From NCBI GenBank assembly GCA_045648965.1, contig JAZRPA010000026.1:9451-73450 (forward strand): DNA of 64,000 nucleotides, read 5' to 3'. Source of the DNA: Alistipes sp. GTDB lineage: Bacteria; Bacteroidota; Bacteroidia; Bacteroidales; Rikenellaceae. Below the pieces are notes generated by a model. The model saw only the letters and a list, made by a program, of their open reading frames with translations. It searched no databases and had not been told where the DNA came from. A program made the position numbers and the translations under genes. Positions within the stretch are counted from its first letter, which is position 1. Each line of letters opens with the position of its first letter. Of this stretch, positions 17,601-26,173 are shown in pieces.

Positions 17601-17608
17601 CAAAGATA
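17601..17608 (-). promoter_or_regulatory. -7 box (TATCTTTG) four bases upstream of the upxY ATG
   Basis: caaagata at 17601-17608 on +; ATG at 17596. Confidence 0.6.
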
Positions 17609-17762
17609 GGAAAATAATGGCTATTACATATAGTTATTTCACAAAAAAATCGCTATACCGGCAATAAGTGCGAAGACCCACTATATTTTACTCCCGTTTT
17701 TCGGCAGAAAAACAAAAGGCACAGGCCGACCAATCTGCACTCGGAGCAGAACTCAGTTCTGC

Positions 17763-17800
17763 GACCAAGTCCCCTCCTCGGAGGGGGTTTGGGGGTGGGT
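17763..17800 (-). repeat. REP-like element (CCCCAAACCCCCTCC...GAGGGGACTT family)
   Basis: Reverse complement matches the copies at 53799-53841 and 53921-54035. Confidence 0.75.
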
Positions 17801-17830
17801 AGAATTGTAAATGCGGTGGCACACCGCAAG

Positions 17831-17859
17831 AAAAAGTCCCCGACATAAATCAGGGACTT
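17831..17859 (-). terminator. Terminator after the K+/H+ antiporter gene
   Basis: Minus strand reads AAGTCCCTGA-TTTATG-TCGGGGACTTTTT. Confidence 0.75.
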
Positions 17860-17883
17860 AACTTTATTGGTTCGCAACTACCA

Positions 17884-19380
17884 TTATTTAAACGAAATTA
17901 TATCCTCGACACCATACTCTTTGTAGTGTGCCTGCAACTCCTCGTTGCGATCCGAGAGGATCAAAAGCTTATCGCTGACGTGCAACTCGGCATTACCCTT
18001 TGGCACAAAGTAGTCGCCATCGCGACACACCATCACCACTAGCGTATTGTCGGGTAAAGCCACCTTATTCAGAGTTTTACCCCCGGAGAGCATCTGCTCG
18101 GTAACCGAAATCTCGGTGAAGGCCGACTTCATCTTATCCTGCAACGTATCGTCGAACTTACTCTCCTTCTCGGTATAGGCCAAGCCGAAGAGATTGGCCA
18201 TACTGCTCACTGTTGTACCCTGCACCACAAGCGAGATGATTGTCATAATAAACACCACGTTGAAGATAATATCCGCACCCTCGATTTTCGCCACCAGCGG
18301 ATAGGTCGCAAAGATGATTGGCACAGCGCCACGCAAGCCCACCCACGAAATGTAGCCACGCGCTTTGCTTGATAGCTTACGGAATGGTGCAAGCGAGGTG
18401 ATTGTTGCGATAGGTCGAGCCACAAACATAAGGAAGACTCCCGCCACAGCACCGAGCAGCAACACCTGTGGCTGGATAGCCTCCTCCAAATCGACCAATA
18501 AGCCCAGCATCAAGAACATAATAATCTGGAAAAGCCAGGTGATACCGTCGAAGAAGGTGTTTACAGTGCGTTTGTGAACGAGTTTATTGTTTCCGACAAT
18601 CAAGCCCGCAATATAGACCGCCAGGTAGCCGTTGCCGTTGATAATCGAAGTGAACGAGAATGTGAAGAATACACACGCCAACAGCAACACCGAATAGAGC
18701 GACGCGTTGTTGATGTCTATCTTGTTGATAATCCACACCGCAGCACGACCAAAGAGATAACCAATCAAGGCTCCGATAGCCATCTGCAAGATGAACATAA
18801 TAATCGCACCACCCAGGTTCACGCCCTCGCCACCACCGAGCATCTTCAGCATAAGAATTACAAGGATATATGCCATAGGGTCGTTCGATCCACTCTCCAA
18901 CTCCAACAGCGGGCGCAGATTCTCCTTCAAGCCCTGTCGACGAGTACGCAAAATGGAGAAGACCGACGCCGAGTCGGTCGAAGATATGGTCGAAGCCAAG
19001 AGCAACGCCAACGGAAACGAGAGTTCAACGCCCAAAAAAGGCGACACAAAATAGATAAAACCTCCCAAAAGCAGAGCTGTCATCAAAACGCCTGCCGTAG
19101 CTAGGGTGATACCCTCGGCCAGCACGGGACGAATCTCCGAAAATTTGGTATCCATACCGCCCGAGAATAGGATAATACAGAGCGATATCATACCTACAAA
19201 CTGCGTCAGCTCGGGCGAGTTGAATGATATGATGTCGTAACCGAAGAACAAACCTACCGCCAAGAAGAGCAAGAGCGCAGGGGCATTAAAGCGATACGCC
19301 ACCTTGCCCGCCAGCACTGCCACAAAAAGAAGCACGGCGCCGATGAGTAGGAAATGCTCGGGGTTTATATCAAACATCAT
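17884..19380 (-). CDS. Potassium/proton antiporter (CvrA/NhaP2-like, CPA1) with C-terminal TrkA-C domain
   Basis: SSTDSASVFSIL, LELESGSNDPMA, RGAVPIIFAT; C-terminal RDGDYFVPKG. Confidence 0.9.
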   Translation of the reverse strand: MMFDINPEHFLLIGAVLLFVAVLAGKVAYRFNAPALLLFLAVGLFFGYDIISFNSPELTQFVGMISLCIILFSGGMDTKFSEIRPVLAEGITLATAGVLMTALLLGGFIYFVSPFLGVELSFPLALLLASTISSTDSASVFSILRTRRQGLKENLRPLLELESGSNDPMAYILVILMLKMLGGGEGVNLGGAIIMFILQMAIGALIGYLFGRAAVWIINKIDINNASLYSVLLLACVFFTFSFTSIINGNGYLAVYIAGLIVGNNKLVHKRTVNTFFDGITWLFQIIMFLMLGLLVDLEEAIQPQVLLLGAVAGVFLMFVARPIATITSLAPFRKLSSKARGYISWVGLRGAVPIIFATYPLVAKIEGADIIFNVVFIMTIISLVVQGTTVSSMANLFGLAYTEKESKFDDTLQDKMKSAFTEISVTEQMLSGGKTLNKVALPDNTLVVMVCRDGDYFVPKGNAELHVSDKLLILSDRNEELQAHYKEYGVEDIISFK

Positions 19381-19384
19381 TTTT

Positions 19385-20203
19385 CTAGTAGAGGTTTAAT
19401 TTGTTGTTCATCAGCGATATGCCAATGCGGATTTTGCTCGATCGACGGTTGTAGTCAATCATCGTCTCGCCATAGCCATAGCAATACTGCACAAAGAGCG
19501 AAGGTATCCAATCGCCACGCTTTGCCATACGCCACGACGCCTCGACCTGGGCGTTAAACTTGGTGAATGTCACCGTCGGATTTACGAGTGCAGTAACCTG
19601 CAGACGCTCATCGCGAGTGTAGAATGTACCCCACAACTGCATCACTCCACGGTAGCGGAAGTAGCTCTGATTTATATCCTCGTCGTGGAAGAAATAGCCA
19701 TACCACGCTCTTGCGCCAAATCGCCAGTTCACAAGTGGCTCGTAAAGGCACGCCGCCGTAGCATAGTTGAACGAGCGGGAGTTTCCGCCCTCGAGACCAA
19801 GACCGTTCGACTCGTGCTCGAAACCAAAGAGCAGGCGCACCTTCTCGCCCGTACGCCAAGCCACCCAAACGCCTGGGTTATAGGCCGTCTCTCGGAAAGG
19901 GCTCGACTGCTGATAGATATCCCAAATGCTGCGCTGCGAATAGGTTGCAAAGATATCGACCTTCTCCTTTATGCTCCACAGACGCACCGCCACACTAATC
20001 TGGAACTTCGCATCTGACGACTGCTTGGTTATGGGCTGATTTGTTGCTATGCCCGTAGTGAAATAGCTATGTTTCCACAATCCAATAGCTGGATATTCAC
20101 TCTTTTTCACCGAATATCTATCGTTATGGGCAAGCGAGTCCCTCTGCTTTGCCGAAACGGCAAAACAGACAACAAGAAACAATATCGTGAGCAAGCGTCT
20201 CAT
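19385..20203 (-). CDS. pldA: Outer-membrane phospholipase A
   Basis: KFQIS, YSQRSIW, SSPFRETAYNP, catalytic HESNG, YGYGETMIDYN. Confidence 0.88.
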   Translation of the reverse strand: MRRLLTILFLVVCFAVSAKQRDSLAHNDRYSVKKSEYPAIGLWKHSYFTTGIATNQPITKQSSDAKFQISVAVRLWSIKEKVDIFATYSQRSIWDIYQQSSPFRETAYNPGVWVAWRTGEKVRLLFGFEHESNGLGLEGGNSRSFNYATAACLYEPLVNWRFGARAWYGYFFHDEDINQSYFRYRGVMQLWGTFYTRDERLQVTALVNPTVTFTKFNAQVEASWRMAKRGDWIPSLFVQYCYGYGETMIDYNRRSSKIRIGISLMNNKLNLY

Positions 20204-20214
20204 CTATCCTAAAT

Positions 20215-21060
20215 CTACTGAGGGATAAAGATGTATGTTATGGTACCCTCCTGCTTCTCGGGAGCACTTGTATCGACGTTGAATGTCGACGAGCGAGCTG
20301 CACTCACAGCAATGCTGCGCATACACGAATCGCCTCCACTATCGACCCTCGCCGAGATAACCTTACCATTTTGATTGATAACAGCAGCTACAACAACCTC
20401 GCCACCACCCTCACAGCGATAGGCCGGTATCACCAAATAGGTAGCACGACGCGTAGGGTTAGTAAATGAGTATCTCACCGTTACATTACCCTTCTGCTTC
20501 ACATCTTGGGCACCGCCCGTCTCCGTCTTTTTCTCGGTAGGTTCAGCTTTTGGGGTATCCTCCTTACCGATAGCATCTACCTCAGCCATACCCTTCTCGT
20601 AGGCCTCTTGGTTCGCCTTCATTCGCTGCTCGGCAGCATTCACTGCGGCTTGCAATTCATCGTCATTGTTGTGACGAACATTGCTCTTTTTGTCGGACTC
20701 GGCAGCGGCATCATTCGACACAACATTTCGCACCGACTTCCAGTCCACCTCCTCGCGCGCCTTAGGTCGCTCCTTTGGGGGCTCCGGCTCTTTCGGTTTC
20801 TCCTCCTCGACCTTTGTCATATCCAACTCTATGTAGATAGTGTCGGAGGTTTTAGGCACCTTGGTTACGATTTTGGCCGTAACAAAAATTATCGCTGCAA
20901 CCAGCAATATAACTATCGTCACGAACAAACCGAGGCGATTGTCGTAGATCCAAGCTATCGGATCCTGCTTCTTATCATCGAACGGCAACTTCAACCTGTC
21001 TCGACTAGGAGCAGGTCGTCGCGGAGCCTGATTTTTCAAACTATTTGGGTGTTGTTCCAT
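20215..21060 (-). CDS. TonB-family energy transducer-like protein
   Basis: Single TM helix, Pro/Glu/Lys-rich linker, TonB-C-like end (INQNGKVISARV...GTITYIFIPQ). Start moved to MEQHP. Confidence 0.7.
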   Translation of the reverse strand: MEQHPNSLKNQAPRRPAPSRDRLKLPFDDKKQDPIAWIYDNRLGLFVTIVILLVAAIIFVTAKIVTKVPKTSDTIYIELDMTKVEEEKPKEPEPPKERPKAREEVDWKSVRNVVSNDAAAESDKKSNVRHNNDDELQAAVNAAEQRMKANQEAYEKGMAEVDAIGKEDTPKAEPTEKKTETGGAQDVKQKGNVTVRYSFTNPTRRATYLVIPAYRCEGGGEVVVAAVINQNGKVISARVDSGGDSCMRSIAVSAARSSTFNVDTSAPEKQEGTITYIFIPQ

Positions 21061-21081
21061 TGTATTGTGCAAATTCGATTG

Positions 21082-21118
21082 CAAAATTAACAATTTTAAG
21101 AAAAAAATACTATCTTTG
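21082..21118. promoter_or_regulatory. Back-to-back divergent promoters (tonB-like gene / lpxC)
   Basis: TAATTTTG on - (21082-21089) and TATCTTTG on + (21111-21118). Confidence 0.65.
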
Positions 21119-21157
21119 TGAAGATTATACTTACCATTTGGTAAAATTTTGGAAATT

Positions 21158-22546
21158 ATGTCAGTAAAACAGAATACACTCGGCGCTCCGATTACATTTT
21201 CGGGCAAAGGATTACACACCGGAAAGCTCGTTACCATGACCGTCAGCCCCGCTGCCGAAAACCATGGAATCGTATTTCGTCGTATCGACCTCGAGGGTGC
21301 ACCTTCAGTGCCCGCACTCTGCGAGTATGTGGTTGACACCGCACGTGGTACAACCATCGCTCAAGGCGAGGCTCGCGTAAGCACAATCGAGCATATTATG
21401 TCGGCTCTTTGGACTCTTGGCGTGGATAACGCCTTGATCGATATCAACGCTCCCGAGACCCCGATTATGGACGGCTCGGCACGCGAGTATGCAGCCGAGA
21501 TTTTAAGAGTTGGTCTTGTCGAGCAGTCGGCAAACCGCAAATACTACGAAGTAACCGAAAAGCAGGTCTATGCCATTCCCGAGAAGGGCGTAATGTTGGC
21601 GATTTATCCGAGCGAGGAGTACTCGGCATCGGTACATATCGACTTCAATTCGAAGGTTATAGGCAACCAATATGCCACCTTCAACCCTGAGGACAACTAC
21701 ACCGAGAAGATTGCTCCAAACCGCACCTTCGTATTCTTGCACGAGATTGAGATGCTGGCAGCCGCAGGCCTCGTAAAGGGTGGCGACGTGGATAACGCAA
21801 TCGTAATCGTGGAGAACCCTGTTACCGACGAGCAGCTGCAGCGTCTCTCGGTACTCTTCGACAAGAAGGATATCCGCGTTACGGGAGGTTATTTGAACAA
21901 CCTTGAGCTCCGCGCCAGCAACGAGATGGCTCGTCACAAGTTGTTAGACCTCCTTGGAGACTTTGCGTTGCTCGGTATGCGCATCAAAGGTAGTGTTATG
22001 GCAACTCGTCCGGGTCACTTCGCCAACACCGAGTTTATGAAGCAGATTCACAACTCGATTCGTCGCGAGGGTGTAAAGCCGCGATACAAGTACGACGCAC
22101 GCAAGGCTCCGTTGTTCGACATCAACGACATCAAGCGCATGTTGCCGCACCGCTCTCCATTCTTGTTGGTGGATAGAGTATATCACATGGACGACGTTTC
22201 GATTGCGGGTATCAAGCAGGTAACCTTCAACGAGCCATTCTTCCAGGGTCACTTCCCAAGCGAGCCTATTATGCCTGGCGTACTAATTGTTGAGGCTATG
22301 GCACAGTGTAGCGCCATATATGTATTGAGCAAGCTCGAGGATCCGGAGAACTACAACACATATTTCCTCCGTCTCGACAATGTTCGCTTCCGCCACAAGA
22401 TTGTTCCGGGCGACACCATGCAGATTGAGTGTGTATTGGCTGAGCCTATACGCCACAATCTTACCCAGGTGGAGTGCAAGGTGTTTGTAGGCGACACACT
22501 TGCCTGCGAGGCTGCAATTGTTGCACAAGTAGCAAAAAATAAATAG
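21158..22546 (+). CDS. lpxC: Bifunctional LpxC deacetylase / FabZ dehydratase
   Basis: GKGLHTG, STIEHIMSAL, PIMDGS, RHKLLDLLGD; C-terminal LPHRSPFLLVD, FFQGHFP, MPGVLIVEAMAQ. Confidence 0.96.
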   Translation: MSVKQNTLGAPITFSGKGLHTGKLVTMTVSPAAENHGIVFRRIDLEGAPSVPALCEYVVDTARGTTIAQGEARVSTIEHIMSALWTLGVDNALIDINAPETPIMDGSAREYAAEILRVGLVEQSANRKYYEVTEKQVYAIPEKGVMLAIYPSEEYSASVHIDFNSKVIGNQYATFNPEDNYTEKIAPNRTFVFLHEIEMLAAAGLVKGGDVDNAIVIVENPVTDEQLQRLSVLFDKKDIRVTGGYLNNLELRASNEMARHKLLDLLGDFALLGMRIKGSVMATRPGHFANTEFMKQIHNSIRREGVKPRYKYDARKAPLFDINDIKRMLPHRSPFLLVDRVYHMDDVSIAGIKQVTFNEPFFQGHFPSEPIMPGVLIVEAMAQCSAIYVLSKLEDPENYNTYFLRLDNVRFRHKIVPGDTMQIECVLAEPIRHNLTQVECKVFVGDTLACEAAIVAQVAKNK

Positions 22547-22624
22547 GCTATTAGCTATTAGCTCTTAGCCATTAGCCCCCTCAAAAAAATAACTTTTAAC
22601 TTTGAATTTTTAACTTTTAACTAT
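22544..22624 (+). repeat. Two abutting heptamer arrays (TAGCYMT and TAACTTT)
   Basis: TAGCTAT TAGCTCT TAGCCAT TAGCC, then TAACTTT TAACTTT GAATTTT TAACTTT TAACTAT. Confidence 0.85.
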
Positions 22625-22628
22625 AGAT

Positions 22629-23411
22629 ATGATTAGTCCTTTAGCTTATGTTCACCCTGATGCGAAGTTGGGTAATAATGTTACAGTAGAGCCGTTTGCG
22701 TATATCGCAGGCGATGTCGAGATTGGAGACGATTGCTGGATTGGTCCGGGTGCGGTAATTCACGACGGTGCCCGCATCGGCAAGCGTAACAAGATTCACA
22801 CGGCAGCTTCGATTTCGTGCCTTCCGCAGGATTTGAAGTTCGTAGGCGAAAAGACCACAGCCGTAATTGGCGACGACAACGACATTCGCGAGTGTGTAAC
22901 CATTAGCCGTGGTACAGCTTCGCGCGGAACAACCGTTGTAGGTAATGGTAACCTCCTTATGGCATACGTTCACGTGGCTCACGACGACGTTGTGGGTAGC
23001 CACTGCGTCATCGCAAACCGCGTATCGTTGGCTGGCGAGGTTGAGGTTGGCGACTGGGTAGTTATCGGCGGTCACTCGGCAGTGCACCAGTGGTGTAAGA
23101 TTGGCGACCACTCGATGATTCAGGGTGGTTCGTTGGTTCGTCAGGACGTACCTCCATTCGTAACTATGCGCGAGACCGGAAGCTACGCAGGTATCAACAA
23201 GTTGGGCTTGCAGCGTCGCGGTTTCACACCAGAGCAGATCGAGACCATTCACAACTCTTGCCGCATCATCTTCCAGAGCGAATTGAACTTCACAAATGCC
23301 TGCAACGAGGCTGAGAATACTATTCCGCAGTCGCCAGAGCGCGATGCCATCATCAACTTCGTACGCGCATCGTTGGGTGGTCGTGGTGTAATTAAGAAGT
23401 ACGGCAGATAA
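22629..23411 (+). CDS. lpxA: UDP-N-acetylglucosamine acyltransferase
   Basis: Hexapeptide repeats; PQDLKF, IRECVTISRGT, LMAYVHVAHD. Confidence 0.96.
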   Translation: MISPLAYVHPDAKLGNNVTVEPFAYIAGDVEIGDDCWIGPGAVIHDGARIGKRNKIHTAASISCLPQDLKFVGEKTTAVIGDDNDIRECVTISRGTASRGTTVVGNGNLLMAYVHVAHDDVVGSHCVIANRVSLAGEVEVGDWVVIGGHSAVHQWCKIGDHSMIQGGSLVRQDVPPFVTMRETGSYAGINKLGLQRRGFTPEQIETIHNSCRIIFQSELNFTNACNEAENTIPQSPERDAIINFVRASLGGRGVIKKYGR

Positions 23412-23429
23412 AATCAACAAAGAAAAGAT

Positions 23430-24584
23430 ATGAAGAAGCTACTTTTTGTTGCGATGTTGCTCTGTGGCATCTACTCGGCACAGGCAATTAAAATTATTCA
23501 CGGCCCTTACCTTCAGGCCGTAACCGATACCGAGGCTACGATTATGTGGGTTACCGACGTAGATGCATTGTCGTGGGTAGAGGTTGCGCCCGAGGACGGC
23601 AAGCACTTCTACTACAAGGATCGTCCGAAGTTCTACCAGACATTCAACGGCAAGCGTGTTATCGGCACTATCCACCAAGTGAAAATCACTGGTTTAGAGC
23701 CAGGCAAGAAGTATCGCTACGCCATCGCCTCGAAGGAGGTTATCGAACAAAAAGGCAATCGCATTCACTACGGTAATGTAGTATCGACTAACGTCTATCG
23801 CAAGGGTGCACAGATAATCCCTACGCTCGACCCTAAGAAGGAGAGTATCGAGTTTGTAGTAATGAACGATGTTCACGCCAAGAACGAGAAGATTGAGGCC
23901 TATCTCACCCACTGCTTCGACAAGAGTAGTACCGATATGGTAATCTTCAACGGCGATATGGTGAGCAGCATTCCAACCGAGCAGATTCTCTTTACCGGCT
24001 TCTTGGATACTGCAGTAAAGCGTTTTGCGAGCGATGTTCCATTCTTCTTCGTACGTGGCAACCACGAGAATAGAGGCAAGTGCTCAACAAAGTATCTCGA
24101 CTACTTCCCTACGACTACGGGCAAGCCTTACTACACATTTACTCACGGCAACACCTTCTTCATTATGCTCGACGGTGGCGAGGATAAGCCAGATAGCAAC
24201 CTCGAGTACTACGAGACCGCTGCCTACGATGCCTACCGCGCCGAGGTTGCCGAGTGGCTCAAGAAGGTTGTCGAGAGCGAGGAGTGCAAGAACGCGAAGC
24301 ACCGCATCGTATGTCTCCACATGCCGCCAATCGACGGCCATAAGATGTGGCACGGCACCAAGCAGATTCGCGAGCTCTATATACCTATATTAAACAAGGC
24401 TAACATCTCGGTAATGTTGTGTGGCCATGTTCATACCTACTCTTTCCACACCGACCAGGCCGAGTTCCCAATCTTGGTAAATTCGTTCAACGACGCTTTG
24501 AAGGTAAAGGTCAATGACGAGGGCATCAAGGTCGATGTTGTGAATATGGAGGGTAAGGTGCTCCACACCCACAACTTCAAATAG
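23430..24584 (+). CDS. Secreted metallophosphoesterase (purple-acid-phosphatase-like N-domain plus calcineurin-like domain), paralog 1
   Basis: Signal peptide; GPYLQ; NDVH, FNGDMV, VRGNHE, CGHVH. Confidence 0.85.
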   Translation: MKKLLFVAMLLCGIYSAQAIKIIHGPYLQAVTDTEATIMWVTDVDALSWVEVAPEDGKHFYYKDRPKFYQTFNGKRVIGTIHQVKITGLEPGKKYRYAIASKEVIEQKGNRIHYGNVVSTNVYRKGAQIIPTLDPKKESIEFVVMNDVHAKNEKIEAYLTHCFDKSSTDMVIFNGDMVSSIPTEQILFTGFLDTAVKRFASDVPFFFVRGNHENRGKCSTKYLDYFPTTTGKPYYTFTHGNTFFIMLDGGEDKPDSNLEYYETAAYDAYRAEVAEWLKKVVESEECKNAKHRIVCLHMPPIDGHKMWHGTKQIRELYIPILNKANISVMLCGHVHTYSFHTDQAEFPILVNSFNDALKVKVNDEGIKVDVVNMEGKVLHTHNFK

Positions 24585-24614
24585 AGGCCAACAAAAACCT
24601 AAAACAGATAGATT

Positions 24615-25781
24615 ATGAAAAAGCTTTTTCTAATTGCAGCGCTCTTTTGCGGCATCTATTCTGCATCGGCAATTAAAATTATCTATGGCCCTTATTTGCA
24701 GGCCGTAACCGACACTGAAGCAACAATCGTATGGGTAACTGACCAGAAAGCTGTTTCGTGGGTGGAGGTTGCTCCGGTAGACGGCACTAACTTCTACCAT
24801 GTGGAGCGTCCGAAATACTATCAGACCTATCTCGGCAAGCGTATTTTCGGCACTGAGCACCAGGTAAAAATCACAGGCTTGGAGCCAGGTAAGAAGTACT
24901 GCTACTCGGTTTCGTCAAAGGAGGTTCTTGGTATGAAGGGTGCTCGCGTAACATACGGTCACGTTGTTACAGCTCGTATCTATGGCAAGAAGTATCCTGG
25001 ATTCACCACCCTCGACCCTAAGAAGGAGAGCACTCAGTTTATCGTCTTGAACGATATTCACGCAAAGCAGGAGAAGATGGAGGCGTTGCTCAACACATTC
25101 GAGGATAAGAAGACCGACATGGTATTCTACAACGGCGACATGGTAAGCCACGTGCCTAACGTAGAGATTCTCTTCGACGGCTTCGTGAATGCCTCGGTGG
25201 AGCGCTTTGCTAAGCAGGTGCCGTTCTACCTTGTGCGTGGTAACCACGAGACTCGCGGTTTGTTTGCCACAAGCTTCCTCACCTACTTCCCTACCCCAAC
25301 AGGCAAGACCTACTTCACATTGAAGCACGGCGATGTATTCTTCATCATCTTGGACGGTGGCGAGGATAAGCCGGATAGCGACCTCGAGTACTACGAGACC
25401 GCAGTTTACGACCAGTACCGCCGCGAGGAGGCTGAGTGGTTGAAGAAGGTTGTCGAGACCGAGGAGTGCAAGAACGCAAAGTACCGCGTGGTGCTTATGC
25501 ATATGGCTCCAATCGGTGGTAAGAACATGTGGCACGGCCCTAAGTACTCGGGCGAGTGTTTCCTCCCTATCTTGAACAAGGCAAACATCACCGTTATGCT
25601 CGGCGGCCATACTCACCGCTACTCATACACTCACAACAAGCCTGAGGTATCTGACGCAACATTCCCTATCTTGGTAAATGCTCACAACACAGCGTTGAAG
25701 GCAAATGTCAATGCAAACGGCATCAAGATTGACGTTATCGATATGACAGGCAAGGTAACAAAGAGCCACACTTTCAAATAG
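24615..25781 (+). CDS. Secreted metallophosphoesterase, paralog 2
   Basis: Signal peptide; GPYLQ; NDIH, YNGDMV, VRGNHE, GGHTH; collinear with paralog 1. Confidence 0.85.
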   Translation: MKKLFLIAALFCGIYSASAIKIIYGPYLQAVTDTEATIVWVTDQKAVSWVEVAPVDGTNFYHVERPKYYQTYLGKRIFGTEHQVKITGLEPGKKYCYSVSSKEVLGMKGARVTYGHVVTARIYGKKYPGFTTLDPKKESTQFIVLNDIHAKQEKMEALLNTFEDKKTDMVFYNGDMVSHVPNVEILFDGFVNASVERFAKQVPFYLVRGNHETRGLFATSFLTYFPTPTGKTYFTLKHGDVFFIILDGGEDKPDSDLEYYETAVYDQYRREEAEWLKKVVETEECKNAKYRVVLMHMAPIGGKNMWHGPKYSGECFLPILNKANITVMLGGHTHRYSYTHNKPEVSDATFPILVNAHNTALKANVNANGIKIDVIDMTGKVTKSHTFK

Positions 25782-25808
25782 GCGTTGAGAAGCTAAAGTT
25801 AAACGTTG

Positions 25809-25836
25809 AAGAGCGGAGAAATTCTCCGCTCTTTTT
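25809..25836 (+). terminator. Intrinsic terminator
   Basis: AAGAGCGGAGAA / TTCTCCGCTCTT followed by a T run. Confidence 0.8.
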
Positions 25837-25844
25837 CTGTTTTT

Positions 25845-25900
25845 AATGGCAAGGAATGGCAGTGAATGACATTGAATGGCATCGTTCGCTTTACGCTCAC
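25845..25900 (+). repeat. Element D: left-arm-only copy of the element A family
   Basis: AATGGCA 25845, AATGGCA 25855, AATGACA 25865, AATGGCA 25875 (exact period 10), then CGTTCGCTTTACGCTCAC. Confidence 0.75.
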
Positions 25901-26001
25901 TCAAATAACAAGTTGCGAGATGTAGTGTATTGCAATAGAAAAGGCTTCGCACACACCTACAATAAAATCCATTTTATATTAGCGTATATTTTGAGCAATT
26001 A

Positions 26002-26160
26002 AATTTTGTGCCAAACGAAAAAGCGAGTCCGCAGCATAGTAGACCTACAAAAAATCAGAGGTAGTTGAGCTATTTTTGAGATAAACAAGAAGCCCGATGC
26101 GCAGCATAGTAAACCTATGTGAGCAATCGGGCTATCGAAGTGCAGCTCAAAAAGAGCCAA
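26002..26160. repeat. ERIC-like intergenic repeat, family E2 copy 1
   Basis: Shares AATTTTGTGCCAAAC(G)AAAAAGCGAGTCCGCAGC and a palindromic core with 42344-42560. Confidence 0.75.
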
Positions 26161-26173
26161 CTAGAATGATTTT

